Shown here in pieces: positions 39,901 through 49,647 of a stretch of DNA of 64,000 nt. How positions within the stretch are numbered: the stretch's first letter is position 1; the number at the start of each line of letters is the position of its first letter. The DNA lies in NCBI RefSeq assembly GCF_037042905.1, contig NC_087250.1, positions 26,352,001 to 26,416,000 of the forward strand, given 5' to 3'. The position numbers were made by a program, and so were the translations under genes. The stretch is from Lytechinus pictus. Lineage: Eukaryota. The notes beneath the pieces are model-generated. The model was not told where the DNA came from and did not search any database. It saw only the letters and a program-made list of their open reading frames with translations.

Positions 39901-42248
39901 ACTAACTCCGTAAATAAAGCTCCAAATGTTCTAATTTTTGGCATAGAAACCCTTTGTGATGTTCTTAGCAAGTGTACATGAAAAAATCGTGATATCAGAT
40001 CAATTTCTTATGTATGATATTGTTTTTTTGCAATTTCTTATATGTATTTCTTTGTTTTTTGAACTTTTGTTTTTCATTGTTTTTTCAATGAAATTCGTTG
40101 GGGACTCTTCTAAGATCATAAACAGCATAAAATACATACATTTAGGCGTGCAAAACTAAAAATAATCATACATTTATGATTTTTGGTTGAAAACACAATT
40201 TACATTGACTTTGTACACGAAATCACGTTTTTGAGCACTTACGTAACATTGCGTAACTTCGGAACCGCGTACCCGGGTGACGCAAAATTGGTCTCAAAAG
40301 GTGCGGAAGACTTAAAAGTAAAAATTCAGCGAGCAGCGCGGTAAAAAAAAATTTGCGCGACAAAAATATCGCGCGACTCGTTGAGGGGGGAGGGGGGCCT
40401 CCGAGGCCCCCCCCTCCGGCCTAGATAGGGTTAAAGGGGCGAGAGGAACATTTTAAAAGGATTTTTATTATTTAAATGTGCACTTTTAGAAGGGATAAGA
40501 ACGCGAAATAAGGAAAACGGGCAATGGCAGGGCATGTAAAGAGCGGTTTTAAGGAATGGAAACTTATCTGATACGAGAATGGGCACTTATATTTATAAAA
40601 TGGTAAAGGGGCACACTTTAACACATAAAACAGGTCCTTCTAAGATGAAAGGGGCAAAGTTCTTGGGTTATAGTTGTTGTAAAATCGAGGTGTATGAATT
40701 GCAACCTAAAAATATTTCATTTAGAGAGTAAAGTGCATCGCATTTGTGGGTATATAGTTCAAAATTAATGCCTCTTGTTGGTAAAGTGCGCTAGTATGAC
40801 ATGATTGTGTGGGAAAATATTTTTATATACGTTAGTGAGTACAGTTTTTTTACACATGTGGCTGATATTACACAAGCTGGCGTCACTTTGGGTGTGTTAA
40901 AAGAGATAGGAAACAATGTCTTGTTTGAATGTTCATAGATTCATAAAAAAATAATATCAAATGGCATAGTAATCAAGACATTTTGGGTTTATAATTAAAT
41001 TTTAAAGAAATTCGACAACTTCTGATGAAATCTGGAAATGAAATCAACAGATCAAGTTCAATGTGTGTATCAGTGGAAATCATGCTTGCCTCTCCCACCC
41101 CCTTTAATAATTGCCCCATGCAGTGTTCGAAACAGTACTAAATGTCCCTTTAAGGTGACACGACATATACTCCTGCGAAAATTGCGACAATTAATATCTC
41201 AGAAGGCATAGGATTAGTGTTAGGATTGTGATCGAGTTTTTGTTTCAGAATATTGTCATGATTACGATTAGGGTGCATTTAGTTTTTGAGGTTAGCTTTT
41301 ATGTTTCGCTTAATGTTTAGAATTTCCATCGGAGCAATTGTCGCCAGAGCAAATGTCCACTAAGCCTGGTGCCCCCCCCCCCCCCCCCCCACTGCCTCTC
41401 TGAAAAGCGTTTCATTGCCGATGACACTAGCTGTAGCTTCTCCATTATGCAGGCATGTTTCTCATTTTAACAGTAATGTTATGAGACATTTCATGAGAAA
41501 TATCCTTAATATGGATAAAAACAGTAATTTGCACATACCCCGGAGGTTTGCACTTTTCCCGTGCAAATTGTTCATTAGCACATATCCCGTCGTCACGTTT
41601 GAACAGATGCCGTTGATAAATTTTGACAGATTTGCACATTTCCCAGCGTGGCGTTTGCACAAATTCCGTTGTTTGCACAAATCCCGGCGAAATTTTGGAC
41701 ATATACCGTCGTTTGCACATATCCCGGCGTTTGCACATATCACGGCTCCACAGGGGGCTAATGATTATTTGCTAGATATTTTTCCCCTTTTTACATTGAA
41801 ACTAAAATGTTTTGAGGGGGTAATTACTTATTTAGCTAGATGTTTGGCAACATATACATTGCGCCATCCAAATAATTGCATTATTAAATTGGGTCTTAAT
41901 CACACGACTATACTACAAACATTAATGCATTATGGGTAAGGCACCTGGCAAGTTTTCAGGAGTTGATTATTGTTTATTTTGAGTAGTGATGTACAAGGCC
42001 TTCAGTTGGAATTTGCTTTAAATTGAGAGGTGTGCAGTTTAAGACATAAGCCCACCAAGAAATGAAGAAAACATACCTGCATTCAACGCTATTGCAGGTG
42101 TGTAGACCACAGATCCCAAATAGAAGAGCTGTACCGTGACAAGTATGGTAAGGCGAAAATCAAAATGAGCGTATGATTACACAATAGTATTGATGATCTT
42201 ACGAACAAAGTGAAATATAAAGAGGGAAATGGAAAAATAATAACTCTT

Positions 42249-42287
<39 letters not shown>

Positions 42288-44795
42288 ATAATAATAATAA
42301 TAATAATAATAACGATAATAATAACAATAATAATAGCAAAAAAATATATAATAATAATAATAATAATAGCAAAAATAATGATAGTAATGATAAAACAATA
42401 ATAATTACAGTATAAACAATAATGATTATAATAGTAATAATAATGAAAATAATAATACTGACAGTAATATTAACAATGGTAATGATAATAGTGGCAAATT
42501 GTTGAGCGCACACTGATCGCCAGAGATCCCGATGGGTGCTAGTTCCAATGGCGTATGCTGGGGAAACGTGCCACCTCCCGCTGTGGCAGAGGAGTTCCGA
42601 CACTAGCAAACACAACAAAATTTATACCCATTTTATTGTTTTCAACAGCTGATTTTCCAAACTTTAGTTTCATCCCCCTATAAAGATGGGTCTCCCCTCA
42701 CCATACTACTTTAGATACACCTCGGCATGATGTGCACCTCTCCATGCTCAAACAAGCCTACGCCCTTGAACCCAGGAACGATGTTCTCTCGTTCACATAC
42801 CTTCCGAAAACAATTAATGTGTAAAACATAAATATGTTACACTTTGTCAACAAACCCAAGCAAAAGGCGAACTAAGAAAAAAAAAATAATAATAAATAGC
42901 ATAAAGCATTTCTTACCCTATTCTGCACTTTTCACATTTTTAAAGGCATGAACCTTGTATTAATGTAGCTATTGCTTTCCAAATTATTGACCCATAATCA
43001 TTGTTTCTATATGCTTTGCATATTCGATGATGTTGTAAATATTCATTGTAGCCTAAATTAATTGTAAATATCATGTGTACACTCATACACCTAGAGCTGG
43101 TCGATATAGAAGATAAAATTGTACGTTATCTTATCTCATAAACGAGCTGCAGGTATAGAACAAAGTCATATAATTTTCAAAAATTGGGCTTGCAACGTTT
43201 ACTCACGTCACGACGCGCTACCACGTTCGATTACCTTCATAAAAACGCGTCGTCTATTGCACAGGAGGAAGGGTCTACACTTTGATATTTTGCACGCCGG
43301 TTAATCACGAAATATATAGCTTGTTAGTAAAAGACTATCACGACGCCACTCACCAAAATACACCAGCAGAAAGCTCGCAATGTATGTTGGCAACCAAACA
43401 TGCAACTTTGGCCTATGTCATCATCCTTTAAATAAACTTTCATAATTTTATTCTTATTTCACGTACTGGTAACCTATGAAGCAGTTCAATCTCAGATCAT
43501 AATGTGCCTTGCATGTGTTGGTAACTGTTTATGGTTTACAGAATCGAATCCGAAAAGAACCTGTGCAGGGCGGTCGGTCGGATACAGCGCCGAGGGTGTT
43601 GGACTGTTCTCAATGACAATAAACTTGTATTGTGCTAACGCAACGTTATGTTTACGTGAGGATGATGCATATCCTAACGCTTCGTAGATTAGAGGGATTT
43701 TAAAAAACAAATTTACGCAGCGAGCTGCGGCGTGATTACGTGAGTAAACGTTGAAAGCCTAACGTGTGAGGCTTGGGACGTGCGAACAATCTTCGCCGGG
43801 CTGATGCTATACCGTCTGTGCTACTCTACTGCCAATCAAGGTTAACTAAACTTTTATGAAGTGTACACATACCGTAAAAGATGAAAAAGCTATGTTTGTT
43901 ATCAGTCGTAAGGCTTTGTTGAAACGCATTTCAAAAAACTGTGAGAAAGAAAGATATTAACATGAATAATTGTTTCTTTTACTACCTTTATTTTCTGAGG
44001 GAAATATAAAATAAACGTACAACCATAACACTGCATTTGTCTTGTCAATTAAGACAATTTAGATTGAGAAGAACCTAAATTAAAACCATTTACAAAAAAA
44101 AGTCTTTGAAAATACCAGTTTCTTAATTGTTAGCGCTCTATGAATAGGGACTGACGATAAAGTATTTTTCTCCTCTCATTTTCGTCTTTGTATCGGTATT
44201 ATTTTCAATTTTTTTTTTTTTTTGGGGGGTGGGTTCTTCACTTTCTTCTTCTTCGTCGTCGTTATCATCTTCTTCTTCTCCTCCTTTTTCATCATCTTTT
44301 TTTTTCTTCTTCTTCTTCTCCTCCTCCTCCTTTTTCTTCTTTCAATCTCCCCCCCCCCCCCTCCTCTCCGTCACTATACAATTTCAACACCATAAGAAAG
44401 ATAACAATTTATCGATCGTGTCGATGGTTGCTCACCTCATAAATACTAATGACGTTTATTCTAAGGAAAGTGGGCAGGAAAAGGCGACAAAACAAGACAT
44501 CTCCTAGGGCATCTGTCACCATTATCCAGGAAAACATAGTCCCGTATACATAGATCTCACCAGGCATTGATATTACAGCTATTGCAGATATATAGCTCAC
44601 CGCCAGGGACATCGCAACAGGGAAAATACCCATTTTTCGATTACCCACTAGGAATTCGTCGGCCGTCTTTTGCTTGCCGCCGGAGCAAGCGGAGTACACA
44701 CCGATAGACGCGGACACAAGAAGCATCGCACCGAAGACGACGTAGTCCCACACGGCGAAATAGCGGGGGCCTGAATCGAGTCCTTGTTGGTCCAT
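15844..44795 (-). CDS. SLC5-family sodium:solute symporter (SLC5A8/SMCT, SLC5A6, NIS-like), copy 1, complete, 15 coding exons, 1905 nt / 634 aa
   Basis: Exons joined by hand, all GT-AG and phase-compatible: 44436-44795, 43873-43938, 42077-42128, 37087-37154, 29619-29773, 28638-28769, 27621-27750, 27263-27351, 26598-26710, 24065-24135, 20206-20292, 18240-18451, 17554-17654, 16849-16976, 15844-15984. Family motifs: WDYVVF, GGLKAVVWTD, CDP, PGLPG, SASLSTLSSGVNAL. Confidence 0.93.
16167..16554. mobile_element. Harbinger-like MITE (also at 54884-55271)
   Basis: AGGCGACCGCACACCTTACGA / TCGTAAGGTGTGCGGTGGCCT TIRs, CAA / TAA flanks. Confidence 0.8.
16849..16976 (-). CDS. SLC5 copy 1 exon 14 (GFQDPELIDNRL...CGIDEINYEE)
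   Basis: aag / GTATG, 128 nt. Confidence 0.85.
17078..17485 (+). mobile_element. tRNA-derived SINE interrupted by a 115-bp TIR element (17164-17278); duplicated at about 56107-56530
   Basis: A box TGGTCTAGTGG, B box GGTTCGATTCC, body similar to 36577-36770; insert CAGGGGCCGCGGAA / TTCCGCGGCCCCTG with TTCAG duplicated. Confidence 0.8.
17554..17654 (-). CDS. SLC5 copy 1 exon 13 (PAITNLYHISFLYYGLIG...VSYLT)
   Basis: cag / GTAAA, 101 nt. Confidence 0.9.
18240..18451 (-). CDS. SLC5 copy 1 exon 12 (GAVTGFVASF...LPLSIEGC...TQETISEE)
   Basis: cag / GTAAG, 212 nt. Confidence 0.9.
20206..20292 (-). CDS. SLC5 copy 1 exon 11 (FTVSMVGVISGGFLGVFILAVFVHRCNSK)
   Basis: cag / GTTCG, 87 nt. Confidence 0.88.
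20487..22448. mobile_element. hAT-type non-autonomous element, present only in duplicate copy 1
   Basis: CAGTGGCGTA / TACGCCACTG ends, 8-bp TSD TTTCTATG, empty site at about 58999-59006 in copy 2; internal GCGAGCGCGAAGCGCGAGC repeats. Confidence 0.93.
21250..22030. mobile_element. Near-perfect palindromic MITE (Kolobok-like, TTAA site) nested in the hAT element
   Basis: TTAA-AGGAGAATGAAACC...GGTTTCATTCTCCT-(T)TTAA; about 380-bp arms around a 16-nt spacer at about 21632-21647. Confidence 0.88.
22546..22707. mobile_element. Short MITE; related fragments near 563, 4900, 19780 and in copy 2
   Basis: CAGGGGAGTGTTTCATCAAG / CTTCATGAAACAGTCCCCTG; shared CAGCCAATCA(G/A)AATCAAGGA core. Confidence 0.7.
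22969..23391. mobile_element. GC-rich TIR element present only in copy 1
   Basis: GTTTTCGCCCAGCGTCGTACGACG / CGTCGTACGACGCTGGGCGAAAAC; absent at about 59550 in copy 2. Confidence 0.82.
24065..24135 (-). CDS. SLC5 copy 1 exon 10 (ALVYGMLAIGFSFCISFMQSGILQ)
   Basis: cag / GTTTG, 71 nt. Confidence 0.88.
24570..25435 (-). pseudogene. 5'-truncated, frameshifted non-LTR retrotransposon (LINE) reverse transcriptase fragment; duplicated at about 60729-61594
   Basis: GCRIG..LAYADD, then SPTKKGLQTMIKICENFA..VHLGHHIS..WRKALRKFW..THC across three frames; RTE-X-like by appearance. Confidence 0.85.
26179..26300 (-). pseudogene. Small LINE ORF2 C-terminal remnant; duplicated at about 62340-62460
   Basis: HPYRVIVPKSNTSLHQSSYIPMTPRLWKSLP resembles the SF.PRT.RLWNSLP end of CR1/L2-group ORF2. 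Confidence 0.55.
26598..26710 (-). CDS. SLC5 copy 1 exon 9 (STLSSGVNALAAITAEDG...AKIL)
   Basis: cag / GTAGA, 113 nt. Confidence 0.92.
27263..27351 (-). CDS. SLC5 copy 1 exon 8 (IMPLFVMEMFAEIPGLPGVFLASVVSASL)
   Basis: tag / GTAGG, 89 nt. Confidence 0.92.
27621..27750 (-). CDS. SLC5 copy 1 exon 7 (ALFLAVLLKG...CDPWKSKVVSSRDQ)
   Basis: tag / GTATA, 130 nt. Confidence 0.9.
28146..28587. repeat. GC-rich MITE-like element made of inverted GCATCGGCTCGCGGTTCAGAA units
   Basis: Multiple direct and inverted copies of the unit; GTTTACA / TGTAAA ends. Confidence 0.65.
28638..28769 (-). CDS. SLC5 copy 1 exon 6 (GNPDPRILYTLWTMLIGGTITEARPNQIEVQRLIACGTKPRAI)
   Basis: tag / GTAAG, 132 nt. Confidence 0.88.
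29619..29773 (-). CDS. SLC5 copy 1 exon 5 (GGLKAVVWTD...DRIQFL)
   Basis: cag / GTAAA, 155 nt. Confidence 0.92.
29951..33596. mobile_element. Non-autonomous TGT..ACA foldback element (Ginger-like), 3.6 kb
   Basis: Ends TGTTACACCCACAAATG / CATTTGTGGGTGCAACA, GGCCC duplicated on both sides, subterminal CCCACAAATGTAATAA arrays, internal CCAGACCC repeat arrays in opposite orientation in the two halves; no ORF. Superfamily assigned from termini and TSD only. Confidence 0.85.
30819..30997 (-). mobile_element. Short retroposon (SINE) with 7SL/Alu-like head, B box, core, 3' stem-loop and (AC)n tail
   Basis: Minus strand reads GCTGGGCGTTGTGGCGTGCGCTTGTAATCCAAGCTAC...GGTTCGAATCC...GACGTAAATAATCATATCTGATTGATACACGTC..(AC)n; cleanly interrupts a host repeat unit. 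Confidence 0.75.
33804..34389. mobile_element. Kolobok-like MITE
   Basis: TTAA-AGGACAAGTCCACCCCA ... TGGGGTGGACTTGACCT-TTAA; about 130-bp subterminal IR. Confidence 0.85.
34723..35284 (+). repeat. About 3.4 tandem copies of a 166-bp unit inside the Tc1 element, upstream of the transposase
   Basis: Unit CAAAGCATTTTCTGTCTTTAGTCTCTACAATCAAC... recurs at about 34723, 34890, 35056, 35225. Confidence 0.93.
35278..36306 (+). CDS. Tc1-family transposase, 342 aa, intact
   Basis: N-terminal HTH, SGRP linker, VLFTDESRF / FMDDNARAH / SPDLNPIEHVW with 34 residues between the second D and E, C-terminal GGHTRY; first ATG at 35278. Confidence 0.96.
   Translation: MPIHHLSETDVARALGMLEAGLSQRRVARMMGVSHSVISRANQRHRETGLYSERPRSGRPVSTTPRDDRYLTNLSLRNRFHSARRLNNDFAAATGLIVSTQTIRNRLHRANMHARRPAQCVPLTPAHRRIRLNWAREHVRWTRQQWRRVLFTDESRFSLDHNDGRSRVWRRPGERFADPCIAEHDRYGGGSVMVWGGITYANRTRLYVVPGGAMTGVRYRDEVLEPIVVPFAENVGQNIIFMDDNARAHRARVVTEFLEGQGIERMEWPARSPDLNPIEHVWDMMGRSLDQLEAHPLGLQQLGVALEAAWDALDVRDINRLISSMRQRCEAVIAAGGGHTRY
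36577..36770 (+). mobile_element. tRNA-derived SINE, same family as 17078
   Basis: B box GGTTCGAATCC followed by CTTCAGCAAGAAATTCATCCACACTGTGTTGCACTCAACCCAGGTG. Confidence 0.75.
37087..37154 (-). CDS. SLC5 copy 1 exon 4 (VTGFDMWTCMLSTGVVCIFYTSV)
   Basis: tag / GTAAG, 68 nt. Confidence 0.9.
37995..38080 (-). tRNA. tRNA-Tyr(GTA) with 13-nt intron; probably a pseudogene or SINE head
   Basis: CCACCGA TA GCTC AGTTGGTA GAGC G GAGGA CTGTAG [ATGAATGATGATT] A ACCTT ATGTC GCTGG TTCGAAT CCGGC TCGGTGG A; perfect acceptor stem, A31:A39 mismatch in the anticodon stem. Confidence 0.85.
39658..40430. mobile_element. piggyBac-type MITE nested in the 37236-41752 element
   Basis: TTAA-CCCTATCTAGGTCGG ... CCGGCCTAGATAGGG-TTAA. 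Confidence 0.85.
42077..42128 (-). CDS. SLC5 copy 1 exon 3 (LFYLGSVVYTPAIALNA)
   Basis: cag / GTATG, 52 nt. Confidence 0.9.
42249..42490. repeat. (CTA)n(ATA)n trinucleotide / low-complexity tract
   Basis: Direct reading. Confidence 0.92.
43186..43760. mobile_element. TIR element (MITE)
   Basis: GGGCTTGCAACGTTTACTCACGT / ACGTGAGTAAACGTTGAAAGCCT. Confidence 0.75.
43873..43938 (-). CDS. SLC5 copy 1 exon 2 (FFEMRFNKALRLITNIAFSSFT)
   Basis: cag / GTATG boundaries, 66 nt. Confidence 0.9.
44436..44795 (-). CDS. SLC5 copy 1 coding exon 1 (MDQQGLDSG...VISIYE)
   Basis: ATG at 44795, AG acceptor at 44804-44805, GTGAG donor; 360 nt. Confidence 0.92.
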
Positions 44796-46934
44796 GATGA
44801 TGACTGTGGATGTAATGATTAAAATGAGCTATGGGAATGTTTAAACAAAATTAGGCAGTTCTAAACATTAATAATAATACTATAAATTGCATGTCTGAAT
44901 AAATTGCCAGTGTTTTACCCTCCTTTGGATGACTGAGAGAAAAGGGGAAATAAATGGTTTGAAAAGTGTGCCCAAAAATGCGTGTAAAACGGGCCTTATA
45001 TTCTTGTTTCGCATTCATGACCCAAATATCAAAAGCCATAGGTATGAACTTAAAGAATTAATATAAGTCAAGTGTTATAAAGGTTATGCCGTTCCATTGC
45101 GTTTCTGGTATACTTTCGACCATATCTTGACTTGATTTTGGTACAACTATACAATGCATAGCTTCCATCATGTCCATTGGCATGATTGGGTTATATTTAC
45201 TTTAGAGTGCTTTATTATTTTTTTGATATAAAAAAATGTGTGAAAAAACTACAACAATTCTGTTAAAAATCACGCATTGAAAATAAATCAAATTGTGCCA
45301 TAATCACATAACATAATGAGTTACATCGGAGACAGTGCAGTATGATTAAGTCAATATTTTAGCCAAGATCCCCCAAACCTTGCCATGTGTAGTATTATGC
45401 TTTTTTCCCTTCAAGAGTACCTAATGACATTTGTGCAAATAAAAGCACCTGGATACTACTGGCTGGTAAAAAAAACACACACAAATAGAGAGAAAAAAAT
45501 GAATTTTAGAGTACTTGTAACATGCTCGTGACTAATTAAGGCAATGACTTTCAAAAATGTGTAATTGATCTGATCAACAACAGTCAGTAATTCCAACATC
45601 CACAATGCATTATTTGTTCAAAATATTATCTAGATGTGCAGAATGTGTTGAAATCTTTAGCATGTCTAGCGCATTTGTGAAAAAATAGTGTGCTTTTTTC
45701 TGTTTACAAAGGAAACTGTGTAAATTTTCTGTACAAAACTGATGACATTTTGCATTTATTTGAGGTTGAGTGGATCAATCGTTACTCTTTGTAAGACAGG
45801 GCGTGGATTTAACTAATTGTAGAGACGTCTCCACGACACCTCCTCAGTCTGGTATCTCTGAGGAGTGGCAAGTTAATAAAATATATTTCGATTTTAATGA
45901 CTTTTTGAAATTTACACTTGGAAAAGCCCTGGGAAATAAAAAAATAAACAACATGTGAGTAATTTCTTCACATATAATCTTGGGTTTTATAGGTGTCATC
46001 TATCTAATGAAAGTAAAAGTTTTGACAGAATGTTACACTTGAATGAGCACTGTCCATTTTTGCAAAGCTCGCATTAATATGTTTCTGCAGAAATTCTCGT
46101 TTTCATGCTGGGTCAAGGGGAAAAGGCGAAATCAAACTTACCCTGCGAAACATTTCTCATACATTTTCCTTGCACTTTGAGTCAATTAAAGTAAAACGGA
46201 TACATGCAAGTATTTTGTAACAATTTTGCCACCAAAATTAAAATTTTGAACACCTAGTAAGCACATCCTTAACACTTGTTGTGCCAGCTGGATCTGAGGA
46301 CATAACTGAATCTGAACAAAAGTTTATATCAGATATCTCTTACATTTTCTTCACTAAGTTTTTATCATTTAAAGAGGGCTTACATTTCATTTTTCATTTA
46401 ATACTTGTTTCTTCAAATTTTTCCCAATCTTGACAATAATTAACGAAATGAAAATCAAGCCTAAGCCAAATCATGAAAATCACAGCTCAGTGTAAAGCAA
46501 ATATCATCATGATGGCCTCGGTGTGTGGGGGAGTGGGGTGGGGCGCAATGGCACTATTCGAAGTGTTTTGGGCAAGGAAACAGGTTAAAAAATGTAAAAG
46601 ATATCTTCAAATCAATTTCACTAGCTAAATTTCATGTGTTCCTCGTGATTAAGGTCTACTTTTATTCGCATTACTATTTCAAAGCTCTGCGCAAATCATT
46701 TTCACTAACTTTTCAAAAAAAGTGGTGCTCACTCAAGCGGAAATATTTTTCGACAGTTATATCGTCATTTGCCTAAATGGATCTGTACCAATGTTAAAAT
46801 GTCGAAAAATCTTCAGGATACTACAAATGTATAATTTTACAGGACTTTTTCTAAGAGTAAACCTCTTTTTTTATACGCACTGTATAACAGTAGAAAGGTG
46901 GCAATCCAACCTTTTTTTTAAAATTAGTACGCAG

Positions 46935-47688
46935 GGGCCCGTTTCTCATCACCGTCATAAGTCTAACTTTTTGACTAAATCGGAGATAGTGAGCTACTTG
47001 TCCGCTAACCTTTTTACGAAGCCCTCTTTACCAAGATCGGGTACAACAACCTCACTAAATATTTATGACACATCCGAGCCTGTCATAACTTCTTTCTTAA
47101 TGACGTAGTGGCATCACGTGGGTAGACTATGACATGCAAAAGTGCCTAGAAATTTTAAAATTATAATCTTACGTAATCAATCATATTGATCCCCAGGACA
47201 GTACACACGAATGTGTACGGTCCTGGGGATTTGTATAAATAGACTACGTTATCAGATAATTTTCGACACTTGATAAAGAGTTGCAGCGGCATTCGAAAGC
47301 TCGTGAACTTGTAAGCTAGTGAACACTTTTTTGCGAGAGTGATCACGAATTTCCTAGAAAGGTAGTGAACACTTTTTGCGAGAGTGATCACGAGTTTCCT
47401 TGTTTACCATAGTACATTGCGAGACAAATGATACCCGCTAGCGATTATTTCAATCCGCAATAATGAACCTATTTAGTATTTGCAATTTTGTCATAATTTT
47501 TCTTTTTGAAAATTATGCTATTTTGTGACTAAGGCTACGTCTCGTCTGCTCTTTTTACCGATAGTATCGATATCAAGGTATTCTAGTGAGGAAGCCTTTC
47601 GAAAAACAGGTTTAGTAAGATTGGAAATAACTCCGTGGTTGGTGGATAAAGATATGACTAACTTGTCCATGTGTCGAGAAACGGGCCC
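46935..47688. mobile_element. Harbinger-like MITE
   Basis: CAG-GGGCCCGTTTCTC ... GAGAAACGGGCCC-CAG (3-bp TSD). Confidence 0.82.
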
Positions 47689-47947
47689 CAGGCCCTTTCA
47701 TAATTTAAATCTAATCTGAGGTGGGTGAATCACGGCTAAACATAATGAAACGCATTTCTAATTAAGTCTCTTGACCTGGATATTACAAGCATACTGAAAA
47801 AAAGATTTTAAAAAATAAATGAAGACCGAAGATGCATTTTTTTTTCCAAAACATGAAAATTAAACATTCCCTCTCTGTTTTAAAAGCATGATTGAGACTA
47901 CTGTGAAAGTAGAGGGGGGATTCAAGAAAAAAAGAAGGTAAGAAATC

Positions 47948-48322
<375 letters not shown>

Positions 48323-48443
48323 TACAGCGCATTAAATCACTCTGAAAACGAGAAGAAGATACACATCAACGCAAATCAAATCGAATCTTTTTACTCTCTT
48401 CAATCAGTGAAGATAGATATTCTCACTTTAATGTTCTTCTTAC

Positions 48444-48575
48444 CTTATTGCGGCTATTCTTGTTCCTTGCAGAGAGAGGGGTGGATTTAATATGCATCCA
48501 AATCCACTGGGTCCTGGATTTTAAGGACTTTATTCATGTTGTTGTTATCATATACCACGTGACCGCTCACGTGAT
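48444..48575 (-). promoter_or_regulatory. Candidate 5' non-coding exon / promoter of SLC5 copy 1 with paired E-boxes
   Basis: Consensus donor AAG|GTAAG at 48444/48443; coding exon 1 has an acceptor 8 nt before the ATG, implying an upstream exon; CACGTG at 48556 and 48568. Confidence 0.35.
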
Positions 48576-48579
48576 ATGA

Positions 48580-48830
48580 TAAAACGTTTGTCCCAGATGT
48601 ATCATAGCATCTGCAAAGTGATTAGAAATTTGATATAAAAAAATATACTATGTATACATAAACTTAAGTTCAAGTTCAACCTTCTTATATTTGCATTCAT
48701 GGGGCGTGGATAATAAAAACATAACATAAAACGTGTTTATGATGTATTAATTTGTAATTTCGATAAAGAATTTTCGCAAATTCAACCCAAGCACGCATCA
48801 ACTGAAATGAAAATCTAAAACAAATCACAA
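48580..48830 (+). repeat. Local direct repeat, second copy at about 50107-50363
   Basis: ATAGCATCTGCAAAGTGATTAGAAATTTG...GTAATTTCGATA near-identical over about 160 bp, then degenerate. Confidence 0.88.
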
Positions 48831-49071
48831 GTACATTTTGTTCATTCGTCATCTTCTTCATATTTATCCAAGTTGTCACATTATCAGTGATGTTCGATGT
48901 GAGCTTCTCCGATTGGTCCTCCTTTTTGAATTGGAATAATCAGGACAATGGGTTCAACATAAAATACTTAATCGTTTAGAGTGCTCAGGAAAAAGGAGGA
49001 CATTTGAATAATTGAATAATTTCCTTATCAACGCAAATTACCATGACAGGCTCACAATCTTAATGTTTTGA

Positions 49072-49647
49072 AGGGATGCTCCGGGCAGTAAAATTTGAAG
49101 ATACAAATGCTAATTTTTTTAATCAAAATCAGAAACAAATAACGAAGTTATTGCATTTTAAAGATTTGCACTTTTCCGGTGAAACAGTTCTAGCATATAT
49201 TAATGAATATTCATTAGGTGGGCTGATGATGTCATATCCCCATTTGTTTTTTTGTATTTTATTATATGAATTTGGGTTTATTCAAAATGTATCTACCAAG
49301 AAATAAAACAGTTCGATTGACAACTGATTAAGTGCATTAGATATTCATCGCTGCAATTTATTTCGTCATAATGGAGACACATCATTGACACATTTATGAA
49401 AAAATAAAATAATTATGATTTCATGTAATAACATGAGAAAAAGGAAAGTAAGGATGTGACATCATCAGCCCATGTGATGAATATTCATGAAGGCATGCCT
49501 AAAACTATTCAAACGGAATAATGCAAATATTTAGAATTCATTAACTTTGTTAATTGTTATTCGATTTTGATGAAATTTTCAGCATTTTGCTTAACGAATT
49601 TTTACTGTATTTATTTAGATATAGATATCTTCATCCTGGAGCTCCCT
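49072..49647. mobile_element. Degenerate Kolobok-like MITE
   Basis: AGGGATGCTCCGGG ... CCTGGAGCTCCCT-TTAA; internal inverted GGGCTGATGATGTCA / TGACATCATCAGCCC. Confidence 0.65.

Larger units (their letters stand above)
37236..41752. mobile_element. Second non-autonomous TGT..ACA element (Ginger-like), 4.5 kb, about 380-bp TIRs, in SLC5 intron 3
   Basis: TGTGGAGTCGTGAAATGTGCAAACG / CGTTTGCACATATCACGGCTCCACA; IR 37236-37618 versus 41368-41752; G-run on both flanks; TGTGCAAA subrepeats; same CCAGACCC internal repeats as 29951-33596. Confidence 0.85.

Noticed and set aside
37054..41939. Paired ORFs near 37054-37513 and 41415-41939
   Set aside because: Open frames within the two TIR arms of a non-autonomous element; only 37087-37154 is a real exon.
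45780..46885. Tc1-like MITE end (TTATACGCACTG-TA at about 46871-46884)
   Set aside because: No matching left TIR found, so boundaries cannot be supported.
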